Source: Paraspadella gotoi
Taxonomy: Eukaryota > Animalia > Chaetognatha
DNA: 5,447 bases
Reading direction: 5' to 3'
Assembly (NCBI GenBank): GCA_051294375.1
Contig: JBJCIZ010001232.1
Coordinates: 1-5,447 of the forward strand
Part shown: in pieces, positions 1-5,447 of the stretch
Numbering within the stretch: position 1 is the first letter of the stretch
Layout: every line of letters begins with the position of its first letter
Made by a program: the position numbers and the translations under genes
The notes under the pieces: generated by a model
What the model saw: the letters and a program-made list of their open reading frames with translations, nothing else
What the model was told of the DNA's origin: nothing
Databases searched by the model: none

Positions 1-299
1 AATTTATATATTTTGTAAAAAAATATGAACTTTAATTATAATCATATGTTTATTATCAAATCACCATGAAAGATTGGCTAAAATTTTAACATCTTTTAGG
101 TTTAAACCTTAAAATGTGAATAATCAAGCTCATATAAAAAAATTATGATGTGATTAATCATTCAAACAATAAAGCAAACAACTTAAGATAATAAGTCACT
201 TTTATCGTAAGATACAAATTTGTCACCTCAATAAAAAATCGCACTTTTGCGAGAACGGATTCGAGATAGCCCTCATGAAATTTAGCTGTACACATAGTA

Positions 300-600
300 T
301 TGAAGAAGAACAGCTAATTTATTGTACTCAAGTGTTAGGTGACAGAAACTGTTCAATATAAGCTAGTCCCTGAACTTCGGGATCAGCTCGATGGTAGAAC
401 TAGCGGTATTGTTAACAGGCGGGTTAGCGCGCCCCGTCCCTATTAACTGCCAGGCGGCTACCGGGCGTAGAACCGGACCTCTTGGGTTGGTGAGGCCGAA
501 AGTGATTCTTGCCGTCCAGGCCCAATGGCACGCTGATGGAGGGTTCGGGTAGGAATTTTAGTCCGGTCGACATGACATCCCCCTCGCCGTTAGGGAAGAA
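300..600 (+). repeat. Copy 1 of a structured dispersed repeat (probable R1-clade LINE 3' UTR or LINE-derived SINE)
   Basis: Seen: collinear blocks shared with 785-1043 and 2796-2969: GTTAG(G)TGACAGA, CAATWTAA, AGTCCCTG, CAGGCRGGTT, GTCCCT, CTACCGGGC, CCGGACCT, TTGGGTTGG(T)GAGGC. It also shares CGCTGATG and TTTTAGTCC with copy 2. Inference: the tail TTTTAGTCCGGTCGACATGACATCCCCCTCGCC (556-588) resembles the recalled R1/Waldo-type 3' UTR motif TTTTAGTCRGTAAGAGTCYGACACTCCC. The repeat is certain; the family call is about 0.5. Confidence 0.88.
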
Positions 601-784
601 GTTCTGTTGCATCTCTTCAAGTAAATTTGTTGTTGTGGTGCGGAAATGCCGTCACACCAGAGTTGAGGCATGTCGCCCTGATGTTGTTGGTTGGCAGGAG
701 AAGTGCAGTCGCCTGGTTTGAGGGCATTGTCGCCCTTTAAGTGTTGTTGTTAGCTGTTGTGTTCGGAAGTCGGCGTGCTCACCA

Positions 785-1043
785 TGAAAGGAGGACAGGT
801 AATTATTGTTTAAGTGTTAGTGACAGACCGTACAATATAATGACGAGTCCCTGCGACACTTCGTCGGATCAGGCATGCTGTAAACACGGCGGTGTTATCA
901 GGCGGGTTTAAGAGCCCCCCGAGTCCCTCTTTACTAGCCAGAGGCGGCTACCGGGCTAAGGAACCCCGGACCTTGGGTTGGGAGGCAATGACTTGCCTCC
1001 AGGCACAATGGGCCGCTGATGAACGATTGATGGATTTTAGTCC
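785..1043 (+). repeat. Copy 2 of the structured dispersed repeat, about 481 bp downstream of copy 1 in the same orientation
   Basis: Seen: GACAG anchors at 341 and 822; the same ordered blocks as copy 1 through GGATTTTAGTCC (1032-1043); hairpins CGAC/GTCG (854-866), TAGCC/GGCTA (935-950) and GGAGGCAA/TTGCCTCC (981-1000). Confidence 0.88.
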
Positions 1044-1158
1044 TACCAATAGTATAAGATTGTTTTTTTAATTTTTTGTTGAGTAAGAGGTTGTATATAA
1101 AAGGGAAAAAAAGCCTTGACAAATTTATATTATAGCCATTATAATTTATTTTTGGACC

Positions 1159-1171
1159 TTTTTTTTTTTTT
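1159..1171. repeat. T13 homopolymer
   Basis: Seen directly. Confidence 0.85.
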
Positions 1172-1619
1172 GAGATTCGGTTGTTTACATTTTTGGTTGA
1201 AATTATTATAAAAATTCAAATGTTAAAAAAAAAGACTTTCCCTGATCTGCCAATACTGAGAATGAAATTTCTTTTTAAAAGCCGTCTATCGCTTATCTAC
1301 ATGTAAGACAGAAATCATAAAATTTTTTTTCATTTAAGTTATCTCGTAAAGATATTCTTTAAATACTATTTATATAACAGAAATTCGATAAATGATTCTG
1401 AAAATAATAAAAGCAAACAACTTCAGAAACTAAAATTATTCGAACAATGCAGTCACTTTTTCCCGACCGTTCAGTTTTTTGACGACCTACTGCAATTAAT
1501 CTAAGCTAATTAGAAGTAAGTCATTTCTGCTTAAGTCCACCCATCAATGAAAGATGGTGCAGCTCGTAAAAAAGTCGCAGACAGTTTGGTGATTTGAATG
1601 TCTTTCACTCCATACTTGT

Positions 1620-1815
1620 CAACACAGATCTTCTTTAATTCCGTCATCTCCCATTTCATCGATGCTTCTTGGCAATAATCTCCTCTCAGCATGTTTTTCA
1701 ATACCCTCAGCGATTTGTACGCGGTGTAGGAGATAAGTCAAAATACACGCTAAACGCTTTGTGATCCTATTGCCGTAATCGTCCACTTTGCCCAGTTCTG
1801 TCCTCCGCCATTTTC
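1620..1815 (-). mobile_element. Possible decayed C-terminal region of R1-clade ORF2
   Basis: Track ORF 1619-1837 contains WRRTELGKVDDY (from 1810) and ACILTYLLHRV, resembling the recalled R1/Waldo WxxRxHGEVDYY...GHGCFxxYLHR. These are followed by HAE and, in another frame, KWEMTEL (1656-1636; cf. RWxxxRxEL). The zinc-finger Cys residues are not seen. Confidence 0.4.
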
Positions 1816-2415
1816 GCTCGGAAGAACATTTTCGCAAAGTTAGGTGATGCTTGATATCTCAAGAGATATAAACGATGGGCGCTTATTATTCTTCACCATC
1901 AACGGATGAAAGTCTGACGGTCGGCCGCCTCCTACCGCAGAATTTAAGGAGGGAACAAGTAAATCAACTGACAGAACTTGTTTGTAATGGATATCTGTAT
2001 CTTATCCAAAGAAATCCGCTGTTTTTGAAGTAAAGTGAGCTTCAACACAGCAAGAACTTGAAATAAATTTGTACGGGGTATAAAAATAATTCAACCTGAA
2101 TTTGAAGCATTTTCTCAAACAATAAAAAAATGGCAAAAAAACAAAAAACTGCTTTTTTGTTGAGTCATATTCGAGTAAAAAACTCAAATCGGCAGTTCGC
2201 ATTTCAGGTAGTGGTTCAATTGGCTCATTTGATACTCAATAAACTTTTTCCATTCCACTGTTAAATTGTCACATGGTTTGGAGAAATTAAAATGTAAAAT
2301 AAGTCTGCCACACTGGTTCCTGCCATAACAAAATAAGATTGATGTTTTTTAGTAAGTTTCAAGTTGTCTTCATGTCATTTAAGAAAAACTCGACACGATT
2401 TGTAAAGAGAGAAAA

Positions 2416-2440
2416 TTTTTTTTTTTTTTTTTTTTTTTTT
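2416..2440. repeat. Pure T25 homopolymer (A25 on the minus strand)
   Basis: Seen directly. It may be the poly(A) tail of a minus-strand retro-insertion, but no clear target-site duplication was identified. Confidence 0.9.
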
Positions 2441-2497
2441 CTGAAAGAAAAGACGGAGAGCATAAACAAATATTGCAAGGAATGGATGTGACAAAAA

Positions 2498-2544
2498 TAA
2501 CAATAAACAGTAAACAGTAAAACAGTAAAACAGTAAACAATAAA
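2498..2544 (+). repeat. Short tandem repeat of 7-8 bp, (TAAACAG/TAAAACAG/TAAACAA) x ~6
   Basis: Seen directly: taacaa taaacag taaacag taaaacag taaaacag taaacaa taaa. Confidence 0.9.
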
Positions 2545-2795
2545 TTGAGATTTGAATTCGTTGTTCTGACAACTTTCCTACTATGATGTCGCGTAAGACT
2601 TATTTCAATATTTTTAGAGAGAACAAATTCCATTGCGCTTAAATTATAAATTTTATTCAAGATTTTTTTTTAATCTCGAAAAAATAAAAATATCTGATTG
2701 AAGATCGAGATATCAGTGAATGGATAAGTCTCGATCGACTGTTTTCGGGGTTGTCATGACCTTCCACCTCAAAACGGTTCTTATTTTTTACGCAA

Positions 2796-2969
2796 AGCTA
2801 ATTGTTATGAGTTAGTGACAGAACCGTTCAATTTAAGCAGTCCCTGTGGCTGTGCTTCAGAACAGGCTGTAACACCGTGTTACAGGCAGGTTAAGCGCCC
2901 CGTCCCTCTTACTAACTGGTAGTTGACTACAGGGCTAGAAGCCGGAACCTTTGGGTTGGGAGGCGAATG
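2796..2969 (+). repeat. Copy 3 of the structured dispersed repeat, 3'-truncated or more decayed
   Basis: Seen: GTTAGTGACAGAACCGTTCAATTTAAGCAGTCCCTG...CAGGCAGGTTAAGCGCCCCGTCCCTCTTACTAACT...GGGCTAGAAGCCGGAACCTTTGGGTTGGGAGGC aligns to copies 1 and 2. It contains a perfect 8-bp stem CTGTAACA/TGTTACAG (2867-2885). Similarity fades after ~2969. Confidence 0.88.
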
Positions 2970-3869
2970 TTATATTCAGTTGCTTTTACCAGCAAGCATC
3001 TGGAATATCTATATGTACAAAACAATAATAAAAGGAAATAGTAACACTAACAGTAAACAATAATCAATGTAAATAAACATTAATGAAGTAACAAACTTCA
3101 ATAAGGTAAAGTGAATCCTTTGTAAATGAAAAAGATTAATATGGATGTTTCCATAAAGAGAAAAACCATAGTACAACTGCTAGTGTACTCTATGACACTG
3201 TATGTGATTATAGTGTTCTTTTGTCTTCATATAGTGAAATAAACATGCTACAATAGTTATAAAACAATAATGAATATCTTAAAGGTCACTATGGCGATAA
3301 TGATAAAGCCACAGTAAGTAGATCAAAGTTCACAGATCGACGGACATTGGGATAGATGGACGGACATAATTTTTTCTTTCGCATAATATTTTATTATACT
3401 ATCGAGTTTAATTAGATAACAGACCGACCAAACTATGGGGACGACCGACAGACTGACAAAGAGAATTAAAGATTCGCGACTGCTGAAGCAGATTTGACGA
3501 AAAATATTCTGTTTACATAAAGAATCAAAATCGAAAATTCGATGAAAGATTTTTTTTCTCTTTTTTTTTTCAAGCGTCACCAAAGTCGAAAAGGAAAAGA
3601 GAAAAAAGAATTGACGTCACAAGAATCGATCGAGTGAGACGATGACAATGACAACGTGAGTGACTCACTGTCATCCGTTCTGACAAACGATCTCCGATTC
3701 TGTGACAATCTCACTGATATTTTCCGCGATTTCTGGGATGCCCGTCAAGTATCTGCTATTGATTCTTTCGTTAACTTTTCTGGTGTGTTAAAAATCGTAT
3801 TTTTTCACATAATAAAACTTATATGTTATATCTATAACCAGACGGCATCTCTTTAAAGACATTCGTTTA

Positions 3870-4320
3870 TTCTTAGGCTTTTTCAAATCTCCCAAGATGA
3901 TATATCTATTTTATTCCCTTGAGTTTGCTGTCACGCTCATAAAGTTTTATTAATTTTTTTTCTTCCTATTCCGCTACTAAACCTTACACTTCAAACCTTA
4001 TAGCAAATCCAATTATTCACATAACACTATTTTGTATTATTAATTCCTTTTAAATCGATATTTTACCTCTGTTTTCAGTCTCATAACCTCCTCTCTTTAC
4101 TCCACAGTGAATTATTCCTCAACATCTGCTCAAGCGAAGCTTATATAAACTCTAAAAAAATTCTTTCTCCACTCTCTCGCGAGATTTTCTTTTATTTACT
4201 GCCAATCTGTCTTCCTCGCTTTCTGTCCTTTTTAATAATAACGATTGTATATCTCCGGTTATATATATTAGAAAAGGTGGCTACCTTATTTAGGAGGATT
4301 AAAACTGTGTAGGAAACCTA
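3870..4320 (-). mobile_element. Decayed AP-endonuclease (APE) domain, N-terminus of LINE ORF2
   Basis: The minus strand is purine-rich and coding-like. YIILGDLK at 3904-3881 resembles the APE IIxGD(F/L)N motif. An IIG/CY-like segment lies at 4016-3999, and a VATF-containing N-terminal segment near 4284-4273. The region lies directly downstream of the gag remnant, as expected for ORF2. It is frameshifted and the catalytic Asn is not retained. Confidence 0.5.
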
Positions 4321-4449
4321 AATTACCTTTTTGAATTAGTACCGTCAATGCCTTCCTACACATCACTCCATTAGTAAATTGTATTATCGGCGCTAATCGT
4401 TCCTTTTCCACTCAAGTATGCCACTTACCCCTTTGGTTGCACCGTCCTC

Positions 4450-5020
4450 CTCCCGCTCTGTATGCTTGTGGATGCCTGTTTGTCATGTGTCCGCCTCTTC
4501 TCGTTGCACAGTAGTTTGCGACATCGGTTTTGCATCAATTGTAACTATATGTACCATTGTCAACCAGCAGCCTACTTAATCAGGCGCCATCGTTTCCCCT
4601 GATTTAGAAACTAAAATCCAATTAGAGATTTGGACCGTAGATCATAACCATCAATCATAAACATTTTAAGACTCCACCACATGAGGGACGATATGATTGT
4701 CCTGAAAGGTGTGCCAAAATCCCTTCAGGATCCTGAGTAGAACTAGCTAAACAACCCAGAAGGAATCCATAAACAACGTAAAGGCGTCTGGCGAAGACTC
4801 CCTCGCAAATTTGAAACTGGCGATTGGTGCAAACGGCTCATTCCATGTGTTATGTTAAGGCTCATGCCTCCGTCGGTCCTTCGCTTACACCTGTGCCGAC
4901 CGAAGTATACACTCGAGCTCCTACAGACTTTGGAATATGACACATCGCATTCACCCTCCGATTCTCCCTTAATTCCGGAAAGAGGCAGTTTCCAATCCTG
5001 GTACTTTTACGAATCGCATT
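4450..5020 (-). mobile_element. Decayed ORF1 (gag-like, CCHC zinc knuckles) of an R1-clade (Waldo/RT/SART-like) non-LTR retrotransposon
   Basis: Manual minus-strand translation gives ordered motifs. IRKSTRIGNCLFPEL at 5014-4970 (cf. IRKTRxGxLLxEL). RPSCGGV at 4690-4670 (cf. RPxxGGTQ). A frameshifted I-G-W-like stretch, ATTGATGG, near 4650. PD..SR.CW at 4584-4564 (cf. GPDRSxxCW). HIVT..CK at 4551-4529. YCATRRGGHMT...P..YR from 4513 to ~4457. The order matches recalled R1-clade ORF1, with many indels and stops. Confidence 0.6.
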
Positions 5021-5447
5021 TTTCGTCCGTCGTTCTTTCTTTTGACCCGAATGATCGCTTTTAATTATCTTCCAGTGAGGTTTTCAGTTTTCATGTCACT
5101 GAAATGCGAGCGGCTCCGTATTCATTCTTATACTTCGCCGTCCGTATTTGCCGGGGCCGTCGCTTCTCCCTTTGTTGTTTCCGTAAAATTCATGACGAAG
5201 AGAAATTGTTATTCCGTTTTTTGTATTTTTGCCAGAGTCGATGAACTGTTGTGGTAAGAAATCGGAGACTATTTAAAAACGTTTTGGTTGAGTATAACTT
5301 GTAAAATTGTAAAACATAGTGTTGACGTCCGGACTCGATCTCGTCGACACGAAGCGAATGTAGGTGATCATACCGGGCCGCGGGGTTTCTTAAATTTCTT
5401 GCTCCGGTGAATTTCACGTCTTTTTAAACCAACTTTAGCACACTCAC

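Noticed and set aside
351-387. Pistol-ribozyme-like look of CTTCGGGATCAG
   Set aside because: The similarity is only a generic UUCG-type hairpin; the pistol P1/pseudoknot elements are absent.
627-784. CRISPR-like repeat-spacer array
   Set aside because: Only two degenerate repeats, no cas genes, and a eukaryote-like context.
1011-1045. Hammerhead ribozyme core CTGATGA (1016-1022); also CTGATGGA in copy 1 and TGAGGCCGAAAG at 491-502
   Set aside because: No GAAA with stems II and III follows CTGATGA, and the 491-502 motif is preceded by TTGG rather than CTGA. The core is incomplete in every copy.
424-1122. ORFs 424-612, 509-721 and 934-1122 as real genes
   Set aside because: They are short, lie within the repeat, and their frames are not preserved between copies.
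1854-1869. Inverted repeat ATATCTC-AA-GAGATAT
   Set aside because: A single 7-bp arm pair is expected by chance and has no supporting context.
2375-2660. Minus-strand ORFs of 65 and 93 aa with poly-Lys and hydrophobic runs
   Set aside because: They are translations of the T25 tract and the TAAACAG repeat.
4610-4620. Minus-strand TGGATTTTAGT matching the end of copy 2
   Set aside because: An isolated 11-bp match with no flanking similarity, located inside the gag remnant.
4743-5417. Short ORFs 4743-4943, 4852-5064, 5042-5257 and 5190-5417
   Set aside because: They have no recognisable domains and are better explained as incidental frames over the decayed minus-strand ORF1 and upstream region.

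Overview
AT-rich, gene-poor, eukaryote-like (probably insect) DNA with no credible intact gene; all track ORFs are under 100 aa. The clearest feature is a GC-richer repeat of about 180-300 bp, present three times on the + strand (~300-600, ~785-1043, ~2796-2969). It folds into a string of short hairpins, begins at a TAA shared by all three copies, and in copies 1 and 2 ends in a GGA(A)TTTTAGTC motif resembling 3' UTRs of R1-clade non-LTR retrotransposons. On the - strand, frameshifted remnants resemble an R1/Waldo-type LINE in the expected order: ORF1 gag with zinc-knuckle remnants (~4450-5020), an AP endonuclease (~3870-4320) and an ORF2 C-terminal segment (~1620-1815); no RT core was recognised. 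The minus strand of the repeat has partial twister-ribozyme-like architecture, best in copy 3, and this is the most testable lead. All family assignments come from recalled motifs, not database searches.
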